Below, one piece after another: positions 13,099 through 28,544 of a stretch of 44,049 nucleotides of DNA. The notes under the pieces were generated by a model, which worked only from the letters and a program-made list of their open reading frames with translations, was not told the origin of the DNA and did no database searches. This DNA is from Eledone cirrhosa (taxonomy: Eukaryota). The stretch lies in the NCBI GenBank assembly GCA_964016885.1, contig CAXHJY010000486.1, forward strand, positions 1 through 44,049. The letters are read 5' to 3'. How positions within the stretch are numbered: the first letter of the stretch is position 1; the number at the start of each line of letters is the position of its first letter. The translations under genes and the position numbers were made by a program.

Positions 13099-14405
13099 AA
13101 TTGAATACCATAATAATAACCGCTGGCTTTTATAAACATATTTGATGACATATTTTTTAACAAGTTATTTTACATAGATTAGGTCACCATATTTAACGTT
13201 TCCGTCTATGAGTTATAATTCATTAGTATGCATAAAAAAAATCCTGCTTTACCTTTGATTGTAGTTTTAGATTAGAATATGTGGAATTATATTCATCTTA
13301 TGTGTCGCTATGACAACGCCTCTTGCGTCAAATCACATTGTGTCTTTTCTGGAACGTTTCCAGAACTTTCGCTCAAATATTCAATGTATAATATCATATA
13401 TTTACGGAAACATAAGTTACGTAGAGGCAATTCCACAACTAATTCTACAACTAATTATTAGAATGTGCTTGGATCCTTGGGAATAATAGTCTTAACTCTC
13501 CCGCCACGTTTAAAAATACATATTATATGTATTTACTTCTCGATTTATATTCAAGTAAATGGTACATACGCAGTTTGTACAGTTTATATTAATATCATAC
13601 GCTTCAGTTTGCTTTGTTCTTTTGTTTGTTTTAGTAATAATGACTAAAGCTATGCTGAGCCCCGCATTCGGTTATAATCTCAACGAATAGTAAACATGTT
13701 GATTTTCTATATGTTTTATTCTTTCATCTTGTATTAATTCACTCATCATGAAAAATAATGGAAACATTGTCAAAAACACCCTCAACACATACCAGTTACT
13801 TACACAGGTCTACAAATATATAATTTGCTCAACACAAATCTGCAATATAAAGATTGTATTATCAACACATATGCTGATTGATATTTTTTTCATTTATAGT
13901 AATTTAATGGACATGTTTTTCTTCTAATGAAACAAGGCCACATTATATCTCATTAATATTAAACAGGAATATATTTAATAAGTCTTAATGAGAAGCTGAG
14001 AATCCATGTAAAATGAGTGTCATGGGAACGTTATTACAACTCAGAAATTGCTGGAGTATATTTCAAATGAAAAACCCTCAACTAGAAATAGAAATAGGAG
14101 ATAACGATTACTCCTATGTTGCTTTCCCTTGATACATTGTATAGACAGAACATACATAGATATATGTCAATATTATGAGAAATGAACACCATTCCCAATG
14201 GCTTCCAATCAATTGCCCAGCTACGATATTTACATTAACTCTTCTGCATCCAAAAGATTCAATTTGCTTTCCGTATTAACTATATATATTTGCAAAAGAA
14301 AATGTAATAGCAAATGGTAGTAAAATGCAAATATATAAATATAAATATATATTTCATTGTTTTCATCTTCCGCTGGAACATGCACAGTGAATATGGAACT
14401 ATGAA

Positions 14406-14410
<5 letters not shown>

Positions 14411-14482
<72 letters not shown>
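14411..14482. repeat. (CA)n microsatellite
   Basis: Direct reading. Confidence 0.97.
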
Positions 14483-14484
<2 letters not shown>

Positions 14485-14590
14485 CGTAACGATATATAGT
14501 AATGAAAATATATATAGCGACAAATAGATATGTAGCAAAAATATTTGAATGAATACGTGTTTACATAAGAAAAGCACATACTGGTTTACG

Positions 14591-14650
<60 letters not shown>

Positions 14651-14737
14651 TTAACATATATTCATCTACGTGTTTAAACATATATATTTGTATGAATCCA
14701 TAACCTTTATTGGAGTCGTGAGAACGTGACATACAGG

Positions 14738-14890
14738 AAGAATCGACCTCAATACTGGATTGGTACTTCTTTCATCGATCTCGAAGTGAGGAAAGGCAGA
14801 GCTAAACTCCATGGGAATTGAATGCAGAACGCATTATACAAAACGAATAACGTAAAGCATTCTACATGACGCTCTAACAACCCTATTAGG
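14738..14890 (-). mobile_element. Old diverged family A SINE
   Basis: Plus strand TGGTACTT..TTCATCGATCTCGAAGTGAGGAAAGGCAGAG...TGACGCTCTAAC is the reverse complement of the SINE core and head. Confidence 0.65.
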
Positions 14891-15182
14891 TTACCATATA
14901 TTTAAATATATCTATACATATATTTTGGTGTTTATATATATATATATATATATACAATATTGAATAAAGGATAAATGTGGGATAAATTCATCTATTAATT
15001 TCACTAATTTCAGGAATATAAATGTCAGATGTAAAGGTAACTGCTGATTGTATGTACAAATAAATTGAGATTAAATCCTCATGTCATATCTTAAGTTGAT
15101 TTGTCAGACTTGTTTATATATATATATATATATATAAACAAGTCTGACAATGTAACTTCCCCCTCACTCCTCCCCCCACTCT

Positions 15183-15211
15183 CTTGATGAAGGGCTTATG
15201 CCCGAAACGTC
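15183..15211 (+). ncRNA. Minimal PLE-type hammerhead motif
   Basis: TTGATGA-A-GGGC-TTAT-GCCC-GAAACGTC: stem II intact, palindromic ACGT stem III, GUC triplet; stem I not convincing. Lies in a 200 bp island between (TA)n tracts. Confidence 0.6.
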
Positions 15212-15351
15212 GCACCCACACACCCCACTCTCACTAAGCGTGAACCTAATACCATTCGTAACTTGTACTCCTGCGTTGTTGTTTTTTGTATTCCAATATA
15301 TTTACATTTTGTATTCCAATATATATATATATAAGCCAACGAAGGTCGACG

Positions 15352-15515
15352 AACCTGTTAGAAGTAGCAGGCAAAACTACCTTAAAACACATCATATCAC
15401 TAGATAGTGTGATCCAAGATACACTACGTCTAGAAAAAGATAGAAAACACTAAAGACAGGGTGGTCATGGTTGGAATTCCGTTTGATGATTGATCAAACA
15501 ACGACGACGACAAAA
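15352..15515 (+). mobile_element. Family B short interspersed repeat, diverged
   Basis: CCTGTTAGAAGTAGCAGGCAAA ... AGACAGGGTGGTCATGGTTGGAAT ... AAACAACGACGAC tail. Confidence 0.5.
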
Positions 15516-15910
15516 ACAATTCTTTATATAGTCACGATCGGTAAACGTTCTCTATAATCGTATTTATGTCAAGGTATGCATAGTTAGCGGCTGTAAACGC
15601 TCTGGCAAGTGTAATATAAAAGTATCTATAAATATTCTATAGATTATGTGCTATGTCAGCTTTCATACGCCTACACAAATGCACACACGTAAAGAGTGAA
15701 AGGAAGAGATAGAGACTGTAAGGCAGAAGCAATTAGCCAAGTGTTTACATACAACGTAGGCAAAATGAATTTTAACCTCAAAACAACTGAAGCACAACAA
15801 CCTACGCAAATCAAAATCTAAACTCATATATACATATATTTATATAATTATGAATATATCCCTACTGTGCGTGTGTGTTTGTGTGTCAGTACACACACAC
15901 ACACACACAC

Positions 15911-18224
<2,314 letters not shown>

Positions 18225-19457
18225 ATTGAATTTGATAATAGTACCAAACTAGCTAATTTCTTGGATGTATCTCTTAATCTTGACACTGGCCTATATTACC
18301 CTTACCATAAAAACAATGAGAATCTTAATTATGTTAACTTTAAATCTAACCATCCTACCAATATCAAGAATGCTATAGTTAATAATATTGGAAATAGAAT
18401 ATCTAACATATCTTCTAATAAAAACATCTTTGATGCTAACGCCAATTACTATAATAACGCACTTTCTAAAGCCGGCTATCCAGATAAAATCAAATATAAT
18501 AAAGAAACAAATTCTAGGAAAACTTACAGTAGAATATTTAATCATAACCATTCCAATAATTTTAATAAAAGACCTAGATACAAAAACATAATCTGGTATA
18601 ATGCTCCTTTCTCCATCTCTATTAATAACAATATTCCTAAATTATTTTTTAGTGCCTTAAATAAATGCTTCCCTCCCTCACATATCTATAGTAAAATATT
18701 TAACAAACACACCATCAAATTTTCGTATTCTACATCCTCCAATATTTCCAACATCATTTCTAAACACAACAACAAAATATTAAATACTAAATCTCTTCCT
18801 TCCAATATTGAATCTCATAATAACAATAATAGTACTCCTGACGTCATTGTAAACCCTAGGCTAACTTCTGTAAACCCAAATGCAACGTCAAACACAACTT
18901 CGCTAAATGTTCATAATCCAACTCTAAATCAAGAAACTATTATTCCTATTATTCCTATCGCAAACAACTTCTCCAATCCAATTCCTTCTATAGATAACAC
19001 TAGATCACTCATTAATAATCTCTCTAATTGCAACTGCCGCATTAAAAATAAATGTCCTCTCAACAACCATTGCCTCGATAAAAACTTAATTTATGAATGT
19101 AAAATTATAACTAGCACCAATTCCTTCACCTATTTTGGCTCCACTTCTACCTCTTTTAAAGCTCGTCTCTATAATCATCATTCATCTTTCAAATACAAAC
19201 TTAAAAGAACTAACACTGCTCTCTCAGAACTCATATGGTCCTTAAAAGACAAAAACATTAAATATAACATCTTTTGGAAAAAGATTTCTTCTGCATCCTC
19301 GTACTTGAACAGTTCTCTATCTAAAATCTGTAATCTCTGCCTAAATGAAAAATTTACCATTATCTCTAACCTAGAATCCATAATAAATAGACGCTCGGAT
19401 TTGTTTTCCATCTGCCTGCATAAATTCCTTAGAACTTTTCACAAAGTATACAGTTAA
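18225..19457 (+). CDS. PLE polyprotein C-terminal part (RT motif E/thumb, linker, GIY-YIG endonuclease); 5'-truncated, no true start
   Basis: The open frame extends to the TA tract: [34 protein letters not shown]; IIWYNAPFS; [16 protein letters not shown]; [26 protein letters not shown]; CNLCLNEK; [13 protein letters not shown]. Confidence 0.9.
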   Translation: MEFDNSTKLANFLDVSLNLDTGLYYPYHKNNENLNYVNFKSNHPTNIKNAIVNNIGNRISNISSNKNIFDANANYYNNALSKAGYPDKIKYNKETNSRKTYSRIFNHNHSNNFNKRPRYKNIIWYNAPFSISINNNIPKLFFSALNKCFPPSHIYSKIFNKHTIKFSYSTSSNISNIISKHNNKILNTKSLPSNIESHNNNNSTPDVIVNPRLTSVNPNATSNTTSLNVHNPTLNQETIIPIIPIANNFSNPIPSIDNTRSLINNLSNCNCRIKNKCPLNNHCLDKNLIYECKIITSTNSFTYFGSTSTSFKARLYNHHSSFKYKLKRTNTALSELIWSLKDKNIKYNIFWKKISSASSYLNSSLSKICNLCLNEKFTIISNLESIINRRSDLFSICLHKFLRTFHKVYS

Positions 19458-19510
19458 TATTCAATTCTTTATCAATTTAGAATCTTTTCTCAAAGGCACA
19501 TATACATACA

Positions 19511-20565
19511 CCTCTTTAAAATATACCCATCTACCTTACTTTAAAGGGCATTATACACTCTATAATACTCGTTTACTCATCCTATCTTCTCGTAAAACAA
19601 TAACATTTGTTTTTGACATTTTGAATATTCATCCGCAATCATTATTATTTTTTTCCCTCTATCATAAATCTTTTTAATCTCAATTTCATCCTTAATTTAT
19701 TATTATATATTTTTTTTAATATATACTCATATATTCTTTAAAATATACCCATCTACCTTACTTTAAAGGGCATTATACACTCTATAATACCCGTTTACTC
19801 ATCACCCTCATTATATCTCCTCGTAAAACAATAACATTTGTTTTTGACATTTTGAGTATTCATCCGCAATCATTATTATTTTTTCTCTCTATCATAAATC
19901 TTTTTAATCTCAATTTCATCCTTAATTTATTATTATTTTTTTCTCCCCATCAACGAACTCATTATTAATACATATGAATTCAATATAAAAACTTTAACTT
20001 CACATTATTTTTCTCAAATCCTACACATAAACTTTTTCTCTTTGCTAATTTTAAAATTCCTACATTTCTCCTTTTGACGTTAGAATATTCACCCACAATT
20101 ATTATTTTTTTCTCTCTATCTCCATACATAATCTCCCTTCGTTATTATTTTTTTCTCTCTATCTCCATACATAATTTCCTTTCGTTAATTTTCAAATTCC
20201 TTTAATTTATACATTATCTTCCAACGGTTCCCAACCTCTCTATATTAAAACATTATATCTTTTTCTCAGTTATAAAAACTATCTCTTTCTCTCTATCACC
20301 CATCTCTCCCTTTCCACCTTCACTCTTATCTCCTCCCTTTTTTCATCCTTTCCACCCCCACCCCTCCCTAAATATAATATATTTTTTTTTCCTCGCACAT
20401 ATCCTCCCTTCGTTAATTTTCAAAATTTTTAATTTATACAGTATCTTCCAACGGTTTTCAACCCCTCTATATAAAATATATCTCCTCTCTGTTATAAAAA
20501 CTATCTCTTTCTCTCTATCACCCATCTCTCCCTCTCATCTCCTTCCCTTTTCATCCTTTTCTCTC
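19511..20565. repeat. Local duplications inside the PLE 3' region (about 19511-19710 vs 19734-19940; about 20175-20350 vs 20405-20560)
   Basis: Blocks such as TTTAAAATATACCCATCTACCTTACTTTAAAGGGCATTATACACTCTATAATAC and TGTTATAAAAACTATCTCTTTCTCTCTATCACCCATCTCTCCCT (first base differs) occur twice. Confidence 0.85.
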
Positions 20566-20689
20566 CCCCCCTCTCTAAATAAAATATTTTTCCCAATATC
20601 ACACATCAATCTAAAACCACTTTTCATATGTTGATTTAAAACTGCACTATCAACAAGTGTTTTTTTAGCCTTCATATCATGTTCTCCTG

Positions 20690-20756
20690 TTTTATCTGAT
20701 GAAAACACAAATATTATTGTTTGATGATGTTTGTTTTTGAAATGCGCATAATAAAA
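20690..20756 (+). ncRNA. Type I hammerhead ribozyme, canonical core, minimal palindromic stem III
   Basis: TTTTAT-CTGATGA-[AAAC...long stem II...GTTTTT]-GAAA-TGCGCA-TA-ATAAAA. Stem I TTTTAT/ATAAAA; ATGCGCAT is self-complementary; predicted cleavage after AUA at 20750. Confidence 0.88.
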
Positions 20757-20788
20757 TATATTGAACTCCTTTAACCATCTTTTGATCT

Positions 20789-20825
<37 letters not shown>

Positions 20826-20853
20826 GTATATATATAATATGTATATATATGTA

Positions 20854-20887
<34 letters not shown>

Positions 20888-21058
20888 GTAATATATATAT
20901 ATATATATATATATAATATTTATATATATGTAATATATATATATATATATATATATAATATTTATATATATGTAATATATATATATATATATGTATATAT
21001 ATGTTATATATATATATAATATTTATATATATATATATATATAATATGTATATATATG

Positions 21059-21119
<61 letters not shown>

Positions 21120-21188
21120 GTATATATATGTAATATATATAGTAATAATAATAAAATGTAATATATATATATAATATTTATGTATATG

Positions 21189-21230
<42 letters not shown>

Positions 21231-21231
21231 G

Positions 21232-21318
<87 letters not shown>

Positions 21319-21328
21319 AATATATATG

Positions 21329-21372
<44 letters not shown>

Positions 21373-21405
21373 GTTATATATATATATATATATGTAATAT
21401 ATATG

Positions 21406-21471
<66 letters not shown>

Positions 21472-21676
21472 GTAATATATATATATATATGTCTATATAT
21501 GTAATATATATATATATATATAATACGTATATATATATATATAATACGTATATATATGTAATATATGTATATATATATGTAATATATATATATATAATAT
21601 GTATATATATGTAATATATATATATAATATGTATATATATGTAATATATATATATATATATATGTATATATATGTA

Positions 21677-21717
<41 letters not shown>

Positions 21718-21789
21718 ATATGTATATATATGTAATATATATATATAATATGTATATATATGTAATATATATATATATGTATATATATG

Positions 21790-21864
<75 letters not shown>

Positions 21865-22007
21865 GTAATAATAATAAATTTGAAGACTAAAATCCAAAGA
21901 GGGCTCGATAAGGATAAATATATATCAAATATATAAGAATATAAGAACCGTAGAGCAAATTTTAATAAATATATATGTAATATATATATATAATATGCAT
22001 ATATATG

Positions 22008-22044
<37 letters not shown>

Positions 22045-22158
22045 GCATATATATTTAATATATATATATATATAATATGCATATATATGTAATATATATA
22101 TATATAATATGCATATATATATAATATGCATATATATGTAATATATATATATATATAT

Positions 22159-22339
22159 AATTGTTTCTACTTTTGGCACAAGGCCAGCAATTTCCCAGTG
22201 TATTACTGGTACTTTATTTTATCGATCCCGTAAGGATGAAAGGCAAAGTTAACCTCGGCGGGATTTGAACTCTGAATGGCAAGGGCCGTAACTCTATGCG
22301 TCAAAGCATGGCGTCCGACCCTCTACCGATACTGCCAAT
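22159..22339 (-). mobile_element. Family A SINE (short form)
   Basis: Reverse complement of the head, core and tail motifs. Confidence 0.92.
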
Positions 22340-22410
22340 TCACTATATATATATATATAATATGCATATATATGTAATATATATATATATATATAATATG
22401 CATATATATG

Positions 22411-22457
<47 letters not shown>

Positions 22458-22468
22458 GCATATATATG

Positions 22469-22503
<35 letters not shown>

Positions 22504-22701
22504 GCATATATATGTAATATATATATATATATATAGATATATATATATATAATATGCAGATATATGTAATATATATATATATATATATAATATGCATATA
22601 TATGTAATATATATATATATATATATATAATATGCATATATATTTAATATATATATATATAATATGCATATATATATATATATATAATATGCATATATAT
22701 G

Positions 22702-22740
<39 letters not shown>

Positions 22741-22829
22741 GCATATATATGTAATATATATATATATATATATAATATGCATATATATGTAATATATATA
22801 TATATATATATATAATATGCATATATATG

Positions 22830-22865
<36 letters not shown>

Positions 22866-22866
<1 letters not shown>

Positions 22867-23047
22867 ATTGTTTCTACTTTTGGCACAAGGCCAGCAATTA
22901 TCCAGTGCATTACTGGTACTTTATTTTATCGACCCCGTAAGGATGAAAGGCAAAGTTAACCTCGGCGGGATTTGAACTCAAACCATAAAGGGGCGTAACT
23001 CTTTGCTGCAAAGCATAGCGTCAGACCCTCTACCGATACTGCCAATC
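22866..23047 (-). mobile_element. Family A SINE (short form)
   Basis: Reverse complement of the head, core and tail motifs. Confidence 0.92.
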
Positions 23048-23053
23048 ATAATA

Positions 23054-23100
<47 letters not shown>

Positions 23101-23168
23101 TATGCATATATATGTAATATATATATATATATATATAGATATATATATATATAATATGCATATATATG

Positions 23169-23333
<165 letters not shown>

Positions 23334-25312
23334 AGAAACAGGCAAACTGACAGAAAAAAAGATAGGCAGACATCCAGACAGTTAGATAGAGAGAGGAGAG
23401 AAAGAGTACGTTAACTAAAATGCAGTGATTTCACATTGGCAGCTAAATTTTCCTACCCTCTCTCTCTCTCCCCCTCTCTCTCTCTTTCTTTCTTGCTCCC
23501 TCTCTTTCCCACTCTCTATATACCTTTTTAAAGAATATCCCTGGTATAAAGTCAATTCCATTTCATCAAATGATTTTGCATTGACAATTTGGAATTTTTT
23601 TCTCTGTGTGTGTATGCATACATTTATGTATGTGTGTACCTATGTATGTATTTATTCACGTATTTGTGTGTAAACATTACACTGACAAGGTGTGGAATCA
23701 TTATAAATACTTTATTGCAGCTGTTGTATTTGACGTCAAACAACACACGTAATAAGACTGTCTGGTCTGAGCCTTGAATTCTAGCATACTATCTAGGGGA
23801 AAAGGGGGTGAATTGAATAATTTAAGCTAAATGAGACATTGGAAGGTTATAGGTTTGTGTGGGGCCTGTAGCATATACAATAAAGGGAATCCATATTAAA
23901 TAAATATGTGACCTAAACTAAAAGATTAGCTATTTTATTGAACATTTATTTTTTATTGATTCAACAGCATATTTGAAAGACTAATGTGTGTATATCAGGT
24001 TGTACGATATGTGGAAGTGTATCGAAATAAATACAAGGGATTCATTATTTATTATTTTACCTAAAGATTATTGCTGGCTGACTGTTTAGATTCAGTTTAT
24101 TGTGTGGTGAATTTAAATGGGTGGTCTCTTCCTCGATAGATCCTGCTTTCCTTATTAACTCAGCATAAATTCACAATACTACAGCATTACGCCAATCTCT
24201 GAATGCATACCATTGTCACTTAAGTTACCACGAATCACAAATTAAGTATTCTTTCCCGACGCACAACTCTAATGTAATGGAATTTTCTAACGTGATCTAA
24301 TATGGAAGGTTTGATTGTATCAATTTAACCTTGTTGCTTCACGGCATAAGGTTAAATTGAAACCTGAGCACAGTAAAATGTTTCGAATCTGTTTAAACAA
24401 CACGATGTGATTTAATGGGAATGGTTAGCTATACGATGTATAAAATATATTAGTTATAATCTGATTAATTAGACCGGTTTTATTTACGAGAATTTTGAAA
24501 TAAACTGAGCTCAATTATTTTATGACGAGTTTAATGCATCGACAAGAGAAATAGAATAGCAAGCCTAGTAATTAGTATCCAACTACAGAATGCAGAGTTT
24601 TATGAGGGTTCCCAAGGGGTACATTTATTGATACGGCATCTGTGCATATTTGTTTCAATTATAGTTAAAAACAGTAGGGAATAAAGAAAACATTTAAAAA
24701 TAATTCAATTTTGTTGACTAAAATAATAACATATTTTCTTTCTACTGTATTTGTCTTAGCGATCACTATTTTATGTGTCTTAATAACCGTGATGTTAATG
24801 TACTAGTCTAATTCAGAAAAAAATGTTTATTTCAAGAAAGAAAAAAACAAAGTAGAAAAAAAACATCAACATGACGTCATGCATGTCTGTGATTCTCTAT
24901 ATCCGTTTGTATATAAACATTTCTCTTTCATCAGATGCTATATTATGACAAAAATTTAACTTCAAATTACTAACTGAAGCAATTTGCGATAAAATTTATC
25001 TTTCAAGAATTGCCACCACCGAGTAACTATTGGAATATTCAGACGTTCAAAAGATTAAATGCAGGATAGTGCAATAAAATAAAGCATTTACTGCGGTGCA
25101 CCTGAAATTGCAGGTAGGCTAGCATATGCTACTTTACTAATAAGATTAATCTGACTCAGATCATGGCTGGAACTTCTTTAATAATATGTCTGACCAATGA
25201 GAGTTGACATCGATCTACATACCAACAACAATACGTTACAAATCATTGATATATAATGGGTTTATGAAGAGACCCTCACTCATAATTTTCTAGATGTCAT
25301 GAAAAGCGATTG

Positions 25313-25361
<49 letters not shown>

Positions 25362-25747
25362 GAGCAGTAGCTAATAAAAACAATACATACTATTAAAGTG
25401 AACAGAAAAGAAAGGAGAAAAATGAAAAGGAGAAAAAGAAAGAAGCATCAAGCAACAAAAAAAAAGGAGAGGGAGTAGAGACAGACACTACACAAGAGAC
25501 TGAGTGGTACCTTAGCTGCACCCCGCTGACAAAACGGCAAAAGCGCTACCGTGGAGAATGGCTATAGATTTTATTTAGATCCAGGTGAGCTCTATCTGAG
25601 AAGACATATAATCAAAGATTTTAGTGTCTTAACAATCTCGTCTTTGTGTAATCTAGAATTATAATATCCAATATATTCTTCTTTAGGCGTAATTCTGAGA
25701 TAGGATTGCTGTTATTTTTCGCACTATGAGCGACATGAAAAATAGAA

Positions 25748-25797
25748 CACACACGCACACACACACACGCACACGCGCGCGCGCATGTATATATATG

Positions 25798-25895
<98 letters not shown>

Positions 25896-26040
25896 TATAC
25901 ATATATATATATATATACACACACACATATATATATATAATATATATATATATGTGTATATAATATATATATATATATATACACACACACATATATATAT
26001 ATATGTGTGTGTATATATATATATCTATATATATATATAT
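25748..26040. repeat. Compound (CA)/(TA)n microsatellite
   Basis: Direct reading. Confidence 0.93.
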
Positions 26041-26041
26041 G

Positions 26042-26209
26042 TAACGAAGGAAATGTGGTAAGGAACCAGGTGGACCATAACGCACCAAAGTACTCAATAC
26101 TTGAGGTAGTAGAGTGGGTAATAGGAACCAGTAAGACCCCGACAGCTGAGCTCAAGCCGTTTCGTCGAAACGGCTTGAGCTCAGCTGTCGGGGTCTTACT
26201 GGTTCCTAT
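26042..26209. mobile_element. Minimal fold-back PLE insertion related to the 28575-31294 element
   Basis: 26042-26120 is homologous to 28575-28653. 26121-26164 and 26166-26209 are perfect 44 bp inverted arms with a 1 nt centre. Flanked by (TA)n. Confidence 0.88.
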
Positions 26210-26333
26210 ATATATATGTATATATATATATATAAGAATTAAAATACTAGAGTGTGTTGGAGTTAAACACCCTCTTCATATTATAGACATGACAGTAAAG
26301 GTATAGCTCAATGTAATTAAACATATATATATG

Positions 26334-26364
<31 letters not shown>

Positions 26365-26657
26365 GTGTGTGTGTGTGTGTTTACTAAAGATTTTTTTACT
26401 CCAATATACAATTTGTATTTTTCAATTAATTCAAAGATTTATTTGTATCTATATATATTTTTTTCTTTTATTATATACACAATAACATTTCAAAAAAAAT
26501 TCTCTATACTCTATAATATTTGCTTTAGGGGTAAAAAATAATTTGTGTACGCTATGATATCGTATAACTGCGCGTCTATAAATGTGTGTGTATGTGTGTG
26601 ATGGATGTTTACACCTAACAATAGTTACGTAAAATGGAATGGAATAAAAATAAAAAT

Positions 26658-26845
26658 AATTGTTCCTACTTTTGGCACAAGGCCAGCAATTACCCAATAC
26701 ATTACTGGTACTTTATTTTATCGACCCCGTAAGGATGAAAGGCAAAGTTAACCTCGGCGGGATTTGAACTCAGACCGTAAAGGGACGTAACTATGCTGGA
26801 AAGCATAGCGTCCGACTCTCTACTGATACTGCCAATCCACCGCCC
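26658..26845 (-). mobile_element. Family A SINE, full length
   Basis: Begins GGGCGGTGGATTGGCAG on the minus strand; TAAAAATAAAAATAA on both sides (probable TSD). Confidence 0.93.
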
Positions 26846-27168
26846 TTAAAAATAAAAATAAAAATAATGATCTATATGAAGTACTAAGGGTAGTGTACGG
26901 CTTCGTCCGGATATATTGATACCGAAAATAAATACAATTCCATGAATTCAATATATGGATTGCTTTACAAGAATTCAGAATTCTGACAATGTTTAGTTGG
27001 CTTGGAAATCTTGATTCCCTCAGAACTGTTGCGTCAAACTTATTCAGAAGATATTTTGAATTATGCTTCATTATATATATATATATAGATACTTATGTAT
27101 GTGCATATATTTTATTAACATCATCCGTTTAAAGTCTATTTTCCATATTTCCATCTGTATATATATAT

Positions 27169-27217
<49 letters not shown>

Positions 27218-27221
<4 letters not shown>

Positions 27222-27326
27222 GTTTCTACTTTTGGTACAAGGCCAGTAATTATCACAGTGCATTATAGGTACTTTACTCTATTCTGCAAAGCATGGCGTC
27301 CGACCCTCTATCGATACTGCCAATCC
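27218..27326 (-). mobile_element. Family A SINE with the central core deleted
   Basis: Head and tail are present and joined at GGTACTTTACTCTATTCTGC; the B box and core are missing. Confidence 0.8.
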
Positions 27327-27390
<64 letters not shown>

Positions 27391-27572
27391 TGTGTAGAGG
27401 AAGCACACGAGTTAGGATATATATATATATATGAAAACAGTGAGAAAGAGACGATTATTTGGAAGAAAAATATATTTTTTTTCCTTCTTTGTTTCTCTCT
27501 CTCTCTTTTTCTGGGTTAGAAAATGATTAAAACGAAATGTTTTACTTTGTGTGAAGTGTTAAGGTATTAGTT

Positions 27573-27899
27573 AAACACAACTTTACATGTGCATCTGAAA
27601 ACCTTATCTATGTTTTGACCTGCTCAGGTTGTCAAGAGCAATACATAGGACAGACAAAAAACACCCTCTGTCAACGTATGACCGTCCATAAATCACAAAT
27701 TAAAATACAGGAATACAGAAAGATTGCATTTAGTGAACATATCACCAATTGTGCTCTCAACCAACATCCAAACTTTAAAATTTTCCCCATTTACAAATTC
27801 ATAGACAACGCTACTTTCATCCAACGTACCAATAAGGAAACACATTTCATAAATAAATTTCAACCCCTACTTAATGCTCTAAAAATCGGACCAATCTAA
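27573..27899 (+). pseudogene. PLE GIY-YIG endonuclease fragment
   Basis: KHNFTCASENLIYVLTCSGCQEQYIGQTKNTLCQRMTVH...SEHITNC...KETHFINKFQPLLN; the frame starts exactly at the inversion junction. Confidence 0.9.
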
Positions 27900-28308
27900 A
27901 ACTGCAACAAACAATCAAACGTTTACAAGAGTTACCTCCCTCACACCCTATCTAATCCTTTTTCTTAAATAAATTAAATATCACCCAGCAAGAATTGCTT
28001 CCCCCTGCATATTAACTCTCTAAAAAGTGAAATCATATCAAACTTCAGTCCACCATTTGCCCCCATCACGGAATCATGGATCAACTAAGCACTCTTGCTA
28101 TATTAACACATTTTGATCTGCTTAACCTCAATAACTATGCTTGTAAATAACATTATTTTTTCTCCCACATTGACTTTTTACATTCCACATTATGCACTTT
28201 TTTTTCTTTTTCTTTTTTTCTTTTCACTTCATAAACCTTGTTTGTAAATAACATTATTCTTTCTGCACCTTCTGTTTAACATGTGCGACACCACACTAAT
28301 ACATTTCA

Positions 28309-28350
28309 CTATCATTTGATAATGCATAAAAATGCTGAAACCAGTAATAG
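28309..28350 (+). ncRNA. Variant minimal hammerhead motif (U3-A8 core)
   Basis: CTAT-CAT-TTGATAA-T-GCAT-AAAA-ATGC-T-GAAA-CCAG-TA-ATAG, at the expected place downstream of the GIY-YIG ORF; stem I is weak. Confidence 0.55.
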
Positions 28351-28544
28351 ACAATAATTAAATATATAAATAGATAAATAAATGCCATTGTTAAATAATA
28401 AATAAATCAACTAATACCTTAACACTTCACACAAAGTAAAACATTTCGTTTTAATCATTTCTACCCCAGAATAAAAAAGAGAGAGAAACATAAAAGGAAA
28501 AGAAATATTTTTCTTCCTAATAATCGTCTCTTTCTCCCTGTTTT

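Larger units (their letters stand above)
18225..20792 (+). mobile_element. 5'-truncated Penelope-like element (C-terminal GIY-YIG; Nematis-like by motif pattern) inserted in (TA)n
   Basis: RT thumb plus GIY-YIG ORF, then a 1.3 kb pyrimidine-rich 3' region ending in a hammerhead; both ends abut (TA)n. The clade call is from motif recall only. Confidence 0.92.
20793..23210. repeat. (TA)n-derived minisatellite (units TAATATGTATATATATG, then TAATATGCATATATATG), interrupted by two SINEs and a 90 bp island
   Basis: Direct reading. Confidence 0.93.

Noticed and set aside
14985-15035. Hammerhead-like GAAATTAATA on the minus strand
   Set aside because: The first box and stem II are too degraded to support a call.
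22159-23047. Tandem segmental duplication of SINE plus minisatellite
   Set aside because: The two SINE heads differ at many positions; independent insertions are more likely.
24880-25320. CTGATGA (minus, near 24908-24914) and TGAAGA..GAAA (plus, near 25265-25305) as hammerheads
   Set aside because: The second box or the stems are not convincing; chance matches are plausible in AT-rich DNA.
25360-25747. Possible last codons of another PLE endonuclease on the minus strand
   Set aside because: Only a vague resemblance; the conserved cysteines are absent.
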